DNA from: Selaginella moellendorffii
Taxonomy: Eukaryota; Plantae; Lycopodiophyta
Reading direction: 5' to 3'
DNA length: 64,000 nt
NCBI RefSeq assembly: GCF_000143415.4
Contig: NW_003314268.1
Location: 604,128 to 668,127, forward strand
Shown here: one piece after another, positions 12,029-23,059 of the stretch
How positions within the stretch are numbered: the first letter of the stretch is position 1
Layout of the letters: each line of letters opens with the position of its first letter
Position numbers and translations under genes: made by a program
Notes under the pieces: generated by a model
Databases searched by the model: none
The model's input: only the letters and a program-made list of their open reading frames with translations
Told to the model about the DNA's origin: nothing

Positions 12029-13720
12029 CACATATCATGTGTTGATCCTTTTGTATCCCTTTTCTAGAGACTCACTTATTGCTTGCTTCGTGCTTGTTCC
12101 TTGAGCACTTTGTTGGGAGTTCCACTCCCGCTCTTAACCTTTCAAGTCGGAGCTTTTAATCCAAACATGTTACACTCGTTTGGTTTTCGTTTCGGCTACT
12201 ACCACATAGCATCCTTTCGGCTCCACTTTGGGGCTTAGGGATTTTGTGTCTCACAACTCCACCACCCATAGATGAAGTTCGATATCCTCATCGAACAATA
12301 AACTATTTTATAAAATAATATTAACTCGTATTACCATTTCCATCCTTGGCCCCTCGCCAATATTGGTCAATGGTTTGATAGTGAAGGCTCACCATGCCTT
12401 GCCCATCCTCTAAGGGGCATAGTCTCTCCAACTCAAAGACTCATTCAACCACTTATGGTGGTTCTATCCTTTTATTGGTTTGGTTCTCACTAAATCTGCT
12501 AGAGACACCTTCTCTACTTCAATCCTACTACTCATGCTCAAGTACTCTCAGTTTCCATCAACATAACCTTTGCACTTTGGAACTTTTAATTTTGACTCCT
12601 CAGAGTCAATTTTCTATGTGCCTCCGACACCTTGCATTGTATATATAGTGTAACTCCACTTCCCCATTCTAAGAAATTCTCTACTTAAGGGCACCATCAT
12701 ATTCTTTTCGATTTCGTGCCACCTTTGGCACTATATTCCAGTTATCATAATTTGTGCTAGGGCTACCCACGGCCCTATCATTTGGCTACCTTACCACTCC
12801 CCCCCTTGGAGCTTCCACTTTTGCCAAATTGGAGTAATCGGGAATCCATCCTCGGAAAAACATTGCCTTTCCCACAATCCATTAGCACCCAACATATTAG
12901 TATTATTAGCCTAACTTTGCCATTTAGATTCTTTCCCATGATTCCTATGGCCTTTTTCTTAGTCAATAGTCTTTTGCTTTTATCCTTGATTGTTGCACCC
13001 AGCAACATAGGATTGTTACCTTCATTTTCAAGGTATCCTTTCGGTTCCATAGCAAACACTTTGCTTTGCCAAGTCCAGAGGGTGCTCACCCCTAGTACGT
13101 TTCTTTAGCATTTTCTACTGTGGGTTTTATCCACCACCCAACTTTGAGACCCTCCCTTGGATCTCTTATAGAGACTACTTTTCTTGGACTTACTATACCA
13201 TCACATTGACATAGCTCATTCCCTTAGGTGTTCTTCTCACTTGGTCACCTTAACTAAGCCACATCATCATCAATAGTTTGAATTAACACTTTTGAACTAG
13301 GAACTTTATCCCTTCACTTCACAAGAACCTTGTCCTTGTTTTAGCTATAAGACCACCTAGTGATCTAACCTTGGCACCTTAACAAGTTTGTCAATAGGTA
13401 CTAAGTCTTCCAGACCTTTAAGTTGTTGACCATAACCCCGGGGGCATCCCCCACACTTGGCGGTGCACCCAAGCCAACCCTTCCAGCCAAGGGTCCATGG
13501 CAACTGAGACTGGGTGTCCCCATCTCATTCACCACGTCCTTTGTGCCACTTACACCAAAGTGTTCAAGTTAGATATGCCAAGCTTTCACGCTAAGCAATC
13601 TAACCATGCATCACGACTCCGGGGCATCCCCCACTTGGCGGTGTGCCCAAGCTAGTCTCCTTACTAAAAGTCCATGACCACCAAAAAATGAGTGTCATCA
13701 TATTCCAAATTATCACCTCG

Positions 13721-13846
13721 CCCCAGTGAGTTGAGACTCGAACCCAAGCACTAAAGGGTCGGGACTCGAACCCAACCTCTGCATATGCATCTACGGACGG
13801 CATCACATCAAATGTTTGGCGTGACTCCCCACGCTGATGCACCAAC
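13721..13846 (-). ncRNA. Putative tRNA-like structured RNA element with twin T-loop hairpins, element C copy 1
   Basis: Two GGGTTCGAGTC(C/T)C B-box/T-loop hairpins preceded by three hairpins. Homologous to 14590-14715 and to the split copy in element B. Confidence 0.55.
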
Positions 13847-14589
13847 TTATACTTAAAGCACGCTACAGATCACAACTTAGAAACTTAGTTCCTCCGCACT
13901 GACAAGCCCTCTCACTTGACAAGTTTGTGATCATGCATGGACTCCTCCATGCTCAGCCCCATGGGCCACCCCTTTGAAGTTAGCACCTTCAATTGGACTC
14001 TATCCACCGCCCAACTTTGAGACCCTCCCTTGGATCTCTTATAGAGACTACTTTCCTTGGACTTACTATGCCATCACATTGACATAACTCATTTCCCTTA
14101 AGTGTTCTTCCCACTTGGTCACCTTGACCAAGCCACACCATTATCAATAGTTTGAATCAACACTTTTGAACTAAAAACTTTATCCCTTCACTTCACAAAA
14201 ACCTTGTCCTTGTTTTAGCCATAAAATCACTTAGTGATCACACCTTAGCACCTTAATAGGTTTGCTAATAGATATTAGATCTTCTAGACCTTTAAGTTGT
14301 TCACCATAACCCCGGGGCATCCCCCACACTTGGTGGTGCACCCAAGCTAGCCCTTCCGGCTAAAGGTCTATAGCAACTGAGACTGGGTGTCCCCATCTTA
14401 TTCACCACATCCTTAGTGCCACTCGCACCAAGTGTTCAAGTTAGATATGCCGAGCCACACTAAGCAATTTAACCATGTATCACGACTCTGATGCATCCCT
14501 CGCTTGGCGGTGTGCCCAAACCAGTCTCCTCACTGAGAGTCCATGACCACTAAAAAATGAGTGTCCTCATATTCCAAACCATCACCATG

Positions 14590-14715
14590 CCCTAGTGATT
14601 TGGGACTCGAACCCAAGCACTAGAGGGTCGGGACTCGAACCCAACCTCTGTATATGCATCTACGGATGGCATCACACAGGATGCCTGGCGTGACTCCCCA
14701 CACCAGTGCACCAAC
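14590..14715 (-). ncRNA. Putative tRNA-like structured RNA element with twin T-loop hairpins, element C copy 2
   Basis: Minus strand: TGGTGTG-GGGAGT-CACGCCA; GGCATC-CTGTGT-GATGCC; TCCGTAG...TACAGA; GGTTGGG-TTCGAGT-CCCGACC; CTAGTG[TTGGG-TTCGAGT-CCCAA]CACTAG. Confidence 0.6.
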
Positions 14716-16224
14716 ATGTAATTAAATCGTGCTATAGATCACAACTTAGGAACTTAGTTCCTCGATAATATGCATAGATTCCTCCATGCTCGGCCCCATA
14801 GGCCACCCCTTTTGAAGTTAGCACCTTTAATTAGGGGATTTGTTCCCCTGACTTGCCAATCTCACTTAGCAAGTCATCCAACCACCGTAACATGGTTCAT
14901 GCATAAGTATGAAAGTCTTTAACCATCGACTTTCGTTCAAAGCCCTCTTCTTTTAACACTCAGGAACTACTTCCCCAACTTTGATAGCCTCGCCTCATGG
15001 CCAGCTTTGAGACCACGCTTCTGCTATGCCACTTTGATTTCGTGCACTCTAGGAACCATTTACATTTGGCTTTCTAGGTACTTATCTACCTAGAATTATC
15101 TTTAGGAACCTTCAAGGAACTCTATTCTTTAGCTCCCAATAAGAAGTTTTAGGTAGTTACCTTTTACCAATTTAACTAATTATTTTGCACCTTTTGCTTA
15201 GTTGCCTCATAGTTGTCAAGTCCTACAACTCATTGCTAGTGCTTCCACACCTCCATCATTATTTGGGTCACCACACTCTAACCGTATACCTTCCAGCTTA
15301 GGCTATGCCATTCCTGTTCCCATGAAAAAACTTTAAAGAGTATAAATCTGGCATGTTGCATTATTATATTAAATATATTGTACTAAATTAATCTATGAAT
15401 GGATGAATCCTCATCCATAAATTTGTTTTTTATTGTGTATGAACCTAAATTACAAGCATGTGCTCTAAATGTCATTGAGTAGTATTTGCATATATGGATA
15501 AAACTCAACTCATATTAAGAATCAAAACTATGTCATTGAAAAATTATTATTACTAACATCGCCTAACACTTTGACAAACTATTGATATTTTATATGTGAT
15601 CAGATATCTTAGATCTCCATGCTAAAGTAGACTGTCATTCACTCTACTTTCTGTAAAAACCTTAATGCCAGCATCTACTTTAAGCCTAACCCAACTTTCA
15701 TCACAGCTATTCATTGTGGAGTAAATCTTATATGTCCATTTCTTTCTACAATTATTTGCAAGCAATTTACAATTTCTACTCCATGCTAGATTTGATCACA
15801 TGACAAAATCCTTTTGAGTATAGCCTAATAATAAACCTCATAATAGAGGGTTGCCATAATATGACTATACCATAATGTGGAAATAATGTGATAGCTGTGG
15901 AATTGATCACAATACAAAATTATAAATGAGAATTATGTGTTTTCTTGCACATTATAGAATCTTGTCATAAAATATAAGATTCTAAAAATCATAAATTTAT
16001 ATAATTATTTTGCTTATTTTACATATTTATATTATTTTTGTCCTATAAAGGTGTTATTTCTAAAACAATGTGACAAATAATTTATTATAGGTGATAGATA
16101 GTAGTACACAGATGGAATATATTGAAATGAGTACGGAATAATAAGATGATTTCTAGCATTAATGAAGTACTGAAAATATGTACAATATTTAAGACTAAGA
16201 TATTTCTATTATATAATTTGTTTG

Positions 16225-16620
16225 CAACAGTTGATTGATAGTAGATCTTAGAATAAAATCAGTTTTATCTTTCACATTATAGCACATGTTTGAGATGATA
16301 TTTCTTTCTGTTCTGCTAAAAGTTAGTCTATAATAACTTTGAGCATGCTTTTGAATTTGATGTATACAAACTTTTAATATTGTAAAACATATTCCTCTAT
16401 ACTTCATATAGACCTTATTATAATAGTGTTAATTGATGGTAGATCCTAGAATAAAATCACCCTTACTTTTCACATAATGGCATATTAGTAATGGCACATG
16501 TTTGAAGTGACATTTCTTTTCGTTCTAATTCTAAATACTCTACATGATAACTTTGAGCATGTTTTTGAATCCAATGTAAAGATTAAAAGACAATATAGAC
16601 TTTTAATATTGTATAAAAAT
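16225..16620. repeat. Degenerate ~200-bp tandem duplication
   Basis: gtagatcttagaataaaatc...ataactttgagcatg recurs as gtagatcctagaataaaatc...ataactttgagcatg. Confidence 0.7.
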
Positions 16621-19600
16621 ATAGTTTTTTTATACTTTTGATAAACCTTATTATAAAAGCTTAGACTTCCAAAACCTAAAGGCAACAAAATGGAAAGCTT
16701 TCTTTTGCATTACCAAGATCATTTAAAGCTTTCTTTCTCCTAAAGTGTTGTTTCAGAAAGTTTTTTTTACTAACGTTTTAATTTTTCTCTTAATTTTATA
16801 TCATTGGAGGCTGTGATTTGCAACAATACCAATGTAATTGAATGATCAGAGTTTCTTTTTTTAGGTGTGAGTGAATGTAATACACTCTATCTCTCTCCCC
16901 TTCAGCCAACTAAAAAAGGGGCAATTGCTTGATAAGAGAGCCCTTACTGACTATTTTATCCTCATTTATCCCCCAAAGTTTCAAGGATCCACAATGATAA
17001 TATATCCAAATCTCATCTCATAATCATATGTGCTACAGTGAAGGTAAATAGCATTGGGATTTACAATATTCTAAGTCCAAGGAGATTTGAGTTTTTGGAT
17101 CTCCAATCAAAATGGGAAGTTGTGATCATACCAAAGCAAATATGAAGCAAGAGTCGGTAATCATCATTTCCTCCTCTTTGAGTTCAAGTGGAGATGCTAG
17201 TTTAATGGTAGCCATGAATTTGCCAACTCTGACTTCATTGATATTCAAAGTTGTTTGCAATACTTTATAGTTTTCCCACCTCTCTATTGACATGTGCTCA
17301 TTTTTGCATATGCCAAGCTCCCATCCACATACAATAGCAACATTTTCTTTAAATTAATACCTTTTTTCAACTCAAGAAAAAGGGGCTAAGTAAAACATCC
17401 ACAACTGATGCAAGATCAAAACCACACACTTTTAGTATTTTGAAAGCACAGTACCCATAGTTCATTGTGATAGATATTTAGATTGTGTGAATGAAGCATG
17501 CAATCGAAAGTGCGGTAAAAATTCTATTTTTTTTAAGGATTTGCAATCAATCCTCCCATCAATGACACTATTTGTGTTAAATTTAAGTGCTAGTTTTGCA
17601 AGAATGCTCTATTGTGTTATGCCATTTGCAGGGCCAAGGTGTACTACTTTCTTCCATATGATGGAGAGGCTGGTAGAGATATTGGCACACATGCATATCC
17701 AATGCAGAAAAGGATACAAAGGAGTTCAATCAATCATTTCAAAGATACAATATAAATAGAAATTATGAGAAACTCATCTGCAACTCTAAAACATATTCAA
17801 AATACAATGGTAAAGGATTTTATTGCAAGAACTCTACTCAATTCAAGTTGCAAGAAGACTCAACTGGACGAGGCTAGCTTGTGGGAGTTACTACAATGCG
17901 TGCAACTTGCAATTAGCCTCACAAGGTAGGAAAATAATAATATATATTATCAATAATATCTCTTTTACATTTTGATTTATTTAGGATAAAATCTTGGATG
18001 TGTGAATCTTGAGAGAGCAAAAAATTGACTCTATCCTTAAACTAAAATGGACTTATCCTTATGAGTTTATCTATGGGAGTTTATTTCCAGATCAAGTCAT
18101 TAGTGAGCAAGAGCACCCTTCCATTTTCAAAATGTCTACCATGAGCCCCCCCTTTAATGTAAATCTTATCTCTCGAATGGATATGTCTGGGTCAAGTGAC
18201 CTTACTAATGCATGAGTACATTTTGACTATATGGAGCGGGTATTAGGTTGGACAACCATGGGAGCTCATGTGTATGATCTAAGGTAATTATTTTTTCTCA
18301 TTGTCTTAAAATGGTTAAGTATTGCCTTTTCATATCAAACTTGGCAATTGTAATAGTAGAGTTTAAAGTACAAGACTAGATGGCCCAGGAAATAGTTTAG
18401 AAATCCCTCTCTAACTTTGTACTGAAGCAAATTGGTAAATCTACCAAATTTTACAATTTCATGGTAGATGGGGCTAGGGCTAATTGGAATGGTGTTCGAG
18501 CATTTTTTGGGAATGGTCAACCTCTAGAAGGTCATGAGAAGATTTATGAGTTCCATTGAGCTTAAAGGCTAAACTAATATTGCCACCCTATCAAGCCAAA
18601 TTTTCAATTAGTGTTTAAGGAGTTGTGCAAACAATGGCAGGCTACACCTTCTGAAAAAGAGCATGAAGCAAAAGCAAATGAGATTTGAATGTGGTGGTAT
18701 GAAGATAACCATATGGATGTAAGTTGTCTACCACAACTTAAGTCATGGTTGAGGTGGTGGGAAGTTAAGATGTTCCAATGGGGATATCACCCTCTTTAAG
18801 TTGGTTTTTCTCTTTTCTTCTCTTTTTATTACCTTTTGATATTTTTTTTTTTCATTAAGACCAACCACTTAAGGATCTTGTATACACCCCAACTATAAAT
18901 CTCTCAAAGAGTAAGAATTGGAGTTAGCATTTTTTTGAGGCAAGGAAAGGGAAGATAAGTCTATATGAAGCATGTCTATCGGACTAGATACGCATTATAA
19001 AATAGTCTTCAAAAGTATTAGCATTTAAGGAAGGAAGATACATGTGAACAGAATCTTTAGTTGAGATGTTACATGATTGGATAAAGAAGAAAGTGACTCC
19101 ATCAAAATGAACAATGGCAACTGTAGTGTAGGAAGTGGTCTACAGCACATCTATAGAATACAATTCTTAGGCTTCTAATAGTGATATGAAAACTATCCGC
19201 TCAAAGCGTCACTTTTCCTTTGCTGGTGAAGATGTTAGTATGGACTAAGCTCTCACAAACTTGATGTTGAGTATCATTTTACTCCAAGACACTACCTCTA
19301 GATTGAGCCAACTTAAATGGCTAATGAAAAGAGTGTATCACAACAGGTTGAAATTGCTTATTATAGTGTGGAGATAAAGCAATAGGCAATCTGCTACATG
19401 CTAGAAAAATCCAATATAAAGTGTGTAGGGATGCTTTTGAGGGGCAAATGTTAAGCTTGAATCTATAGTGATAAATCTACTTATATTTCCATGGGGAACG
19501 AAAACAAATAGGATTTTCAAGATGGTGCTGGCTATATTGCTACAACACAAATGCCAACCATACAAAACAGCTTGAAGATACTATAGTGACTAAACCTAAT

Positions 19601-20505
19601 GCAATACTTAAAGAATGGCCAATTACTAATGGGGCCATGCTCATCTCAGATGAAATTAAAAACTTTAAAAAATTTGGTTTCAATCTTGAAAGGAGAGTTA
19701 AAGACATGAGTGATAGAATTGAGACTATTCCTACAGAGATGCATAGGAGGTCAACAAGAAAAAGGTAAAGCAGTTAAATTTATTAGTAGCATCTCCAAGC
19801 AGAAGCAAGGTAAAATAAGCTTGACTCAAATGCTTGAGTGTGTGATTTTGTCAGTGATAAAACATTGTCAAGATATGGCATTTTCTTTTGTTTTTCTAAT
19901 ATTTGAAGAGTTGGCCAGTCATGGAGTGGAGAAGTGATGAGATTCTAGAAAATATTCAGAAGAAGTATATTCCAAGAGTTCATGACAAGAAGAAAGGAAG
20001 TTAAGAGAAGTTAGGGAAGAAAGGAGAATGACAAGTGAAGCTTGTCATGAGTAAGAGAGGCAGAACAATGGAGCACAGCATAGAGTCGATGTAGTGATGT
20101 GGCGTATTCGAGTGCAGCAACGTGTGGAACTAGCAAGGTTATCTAGTGAGCAGTGAGTGAGTACAATGTGCCCACACTATGGGCAAGAGTGGATTAGGCT
20201 GCTAGCTGAAGTTTTAGCTGATTTGTTAGAGGAATAAAAGCTTTTGTTCCTATGCAGCTCTTGGAGTACGAGTTTAGGGTTCTAGTTGGACTTTTAGATG
20301 TCAAATTCTCTCCATAAAGTACATCATTACACTTATATAGGAGTACATAGTCAAAATAGAAGGTGAAGAGTATATAATTGTCATTCAAGACCTTCTTTTT
20401 TGCACATGTCTGGACTTTACGATGTGCAAGGAACATGGAAAAGCATATACTCTTTACAAGTATATGTACTACATCTTCATCAACATCTTGCACTAGGGCC
20501 CTAAA

Positions 20506-21651
20506 TGTCAGCCACAAATTTTTCCTTTCCAATTTGCCAGCTTACTTCATCTATCCGTCCGACACTGCCTTGGCTTTTGCTAAGTTCCCTCGCCAAGGTT
20601 CTCGCCTATGGTACCAACTCCTACTTGGTCCTACTTGGTTTCAGCTACTCACTACACGAGCAATGGAGTGTTAACCATCCATCCATGGATTCCCAATCTC
20701 TCTCAATCCCCCTCCCCGGGTTAGACTGGACTTAAGGTTCTGCTACACTCCCCGCAAGCACAAGTAGCCAAGCACACCAAGCTTCTAGGTTCCTAACATC
20801 CCTTGGTACCACAAGACTTGATCATGGGACCCTCTAAATCCCAAGTCTTGAGTGCAACACTTGCTTCAGGACGCTGGGGCAAAACACCGTGGCCTAGCGG
20901 CCCGGTATGGGTACTTCTACCCCCCCACTTCCATCCCGAAGGAAGGCCCAAACCCCTAGGAAGGGCGAGGACCAATGAGCCGCATGGTACTCAAGTGGGG
21001 CACCACTCCACATGAGCCGGGANNNNNNNNNNNNNNNNNNNNNNNNNNNNNNNNNNNNNNNNNNNNNNNNNNNNNNNNNNNNNNNNNNNNNNNNNNNNNN
21101 NNNNNNNNNNNNNNNNNNNNNNNNNNNNNNNNNNNNNNNNNNNNNNNNNNNNNNNNNNNNNNNNNNNNNNNNNNNNNNNNNTTCAAAACTGGTTCCTGGA
21201 CCTCACTATCCGTACTATACTTTTGGAACCCCTGCAAGCCCCCCCCCCCTTGGGAGACGCACGCTTTGGGCTTTCACCCCTTGACCCGTATTAGTATTTG
21301 GACTTAGTCTCTGGCTTGATCTCAGACTCGATTTCGGATCTGACTTCGGATTCGGTCTCGGACTCGATCTCGGACTCGATCTCGGACCCGATCTCGGACC
21401 CGACCTCGTACTCGACCTCGGACTCGGTCTCGGACCCGATTTCGGATCTCGGACTCCGTCTCAAACTCGGTCTCGAACTCGGTCCCCGAGTCGGCCTCGG
21501 ACTCGATTTTGGACTCTATCTCGAACTCGGTCTCCGAGTTGGTCTTGGACTCAATCTTCAACTTGGTCCCATCCGATGAACTCTTTATCATTTTGGTCAT
21601 GCTTTCGGGGTTCCTTTAGCTTACGACACCTCGGCAAGTTGGTTCCTTACA
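20506..21651 (-). repeat. 3' LTR of element B (contains an assembly gap)
   Basis: tgtcagccac...ttccttaca, colinear with 33531-34677. Confidence 0.95.
21023..21181. other. Assembly gap (N run)
   Basis: Run of N. Confidence 1.
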
Positions 21652-21663
21652 ACTCCACCACCC
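21652..21663 (-). other. Polypurine tract of element B
   Basis: GGGTGGTGGAGT immediately 5' of the 3' LTR start TGTAAGG. Confidence 0.85.
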
Positions 21664-21832
21664 ATAGAAGAAGTTCGATGCCCACATCGAACGTCTCTCT
21701 TTTGATCCTACGACTTGTTGACCATGTCTCCGGGGGCATCCCCCCACTTAGCAGTGTGCCTAAGTTAACCTCCCCGGCCAAGAGCCCATGACAACAGAAT
21801 ATAGGTGTCCCTATACTCCTCACCTCACCACA

Positions 21833-21934
21833 CCCTAGTATGGGGTCGGGACTTGAACCCAGCCTTGCTTTACTAGGGGGTTGGGACTCGAACCCAACCT
21901 CCGTAGCATACGTCTACGGATTCGACATCCCTAC
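21833..21934 (-). ncRNA. 3' half of the tRNA-like structured element of element B (5' half at 28583-28625, separated by element A)
   Basis: TCCGTAG-ACGTATG-CTACGGA; GGTTGGG-TTCGAGT-CCCAACC; CCCTAGTA[...GGG-TTCAAGT-CCC...]TACTAGGG. Confidence 0.6.
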
Positions 21935-23059
21935 TGTAGCGCACATGGTTTTGACCCTTTATCCTATGGTGATTTACCATAGGATAACACTACGAAGCGA
22001 ACCCTCCTTGTGCCACGTGACAGATGCCACGTGTCACATGCCACGTGTCCATGCCACTTGTCCACGGGAACCCGAGGTTCAGGGCCTTGGGCCACTGAAC
22101 GAAGGAACGGTGCCAAACTCCCAAACATGGAGCCAAGGAGTGACGGAACCGAACCACGGAGCCACTCCCAAGCATGAAGCCCAAGGAGCGAAGGGACAGG
22201 AGCCCGGAGCAACTTGGAACAGTCCTAGAGTAACCAGCATCCCAATGCCAGGACCAGCACGCAAAACGGAGCCAAACGGAGTCTGGCGCTATTTCAGCAT
22301 ACCGGTGGCCTAACGCAAGGACATGGGTACTCCACTAACTAGCATGGAATGGAACTTGGGCTTAGACCTAAGCCGGACGCAGAACAAGGACAGGCACGCA
22401 AGCGGGAGCTAGACTATGCCTCAGGTTGGTCGGCCATGCCCGACCTACCCACTATCCCTACTATACATTTGGAACCCCCTATATCCCCCCCCCCCCTTGA
22501 GGAACACACGCTTTGGGCTTTCACCCCAAGCCTCCCTTAGTATCAGGAGTTAGTCTCTGGGACAAGCTCGAAACTTACTAAATATGGAATGTCCCTAGAT
22601 TGCGAATTTGGACATGGGACGAACACCATTGTGTTCAGGACGATCTCTACATTCTGTAGATATGCCAAATGAGCAAATCTGGACACTTCCCATAAATAGC
22701 ATTTGGGACCGAAATGAGACCAACACAAAGGGCATGATAGCGAGGGTGTTTGGCAGACACGGTAAGCTATCATCTAGCAATATTGAGGGACCAAGCTCAA
22801 TATCACGGGGGTTCCCAACACTAGCAAGTGCAAGTCAACGAATGAGTTTCTCTAACCAGGTCAAGTATGCTTGACAAATAGCACGTAGGAATTCCGTCCT
22901 TATGCCCATCTGGTCAAGTGCACACGCGAAGACCAGTTTCTCAACTAGCTTAGGCGGAGACTGATAACAGGCCCAGCAATACCGACCTCCTGCCATCGTG
23001 GCAGTAAGGTAAGAGTGTCCGTAAGGACTAGTCGACAGGTAACTTTCGATACCCGAAGT
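21935..23059 (-). repeat. 3' LTR of element A (lacks its first 13 bp and the PPT)
   Basis: Matches 27435-28564 and then diverges; cacatgcgcgaca is missing. Confidence 0.92.

Larger units (their letters stand above)
9363..12255 (-). mobile_element. 3' LTR of element C, interrupted by a solo LTR-B; left end not defined
   Basis: Right end tgtctcaca (TGTGAGACA on minus) abuts the same PPT as element B. Contains the shared LTR core at 10236-10304 and a U3 tandem array. Confidence 0.7.
13126..14830. repeat. Direct tandem duplication, ~870-bp unit
   Basis: cccaactttgagaccctcccttggatctcttatagagactac occurs at ~13137 and ~14010, and the two units are colinear to ...tttgaagttagcacctt. Confidence 0.9.
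12256..15330 (-). mobile_element. Non-coding internal 3' region of element C with PPT (12256-12267); 5' part missing
   Basis: PPT GGGTGGTGGAGT and the adjacent GTTCGAT..ATCGAAC hairpin match element B 21652-21692. It also shares structured modules with element B's 3' UTR. No pol ORF. Right boundary approximate. Confidence 0.7.

Noticed and set aside
16900-20500. Degenerate coding-like sequence flanking element B (also 45550-47600)
   Set aside because: It looks like decayed gene or TE sequence, but I could not identify diagnostic motifs.
21833-21934. Bona fide tRNA gene
   Set aside because: It has a T-arm but no canonical 7-bp acceptor stem, D-arm spacing or 7-nt anticodon loop, so it is reported as tRNA-like only.
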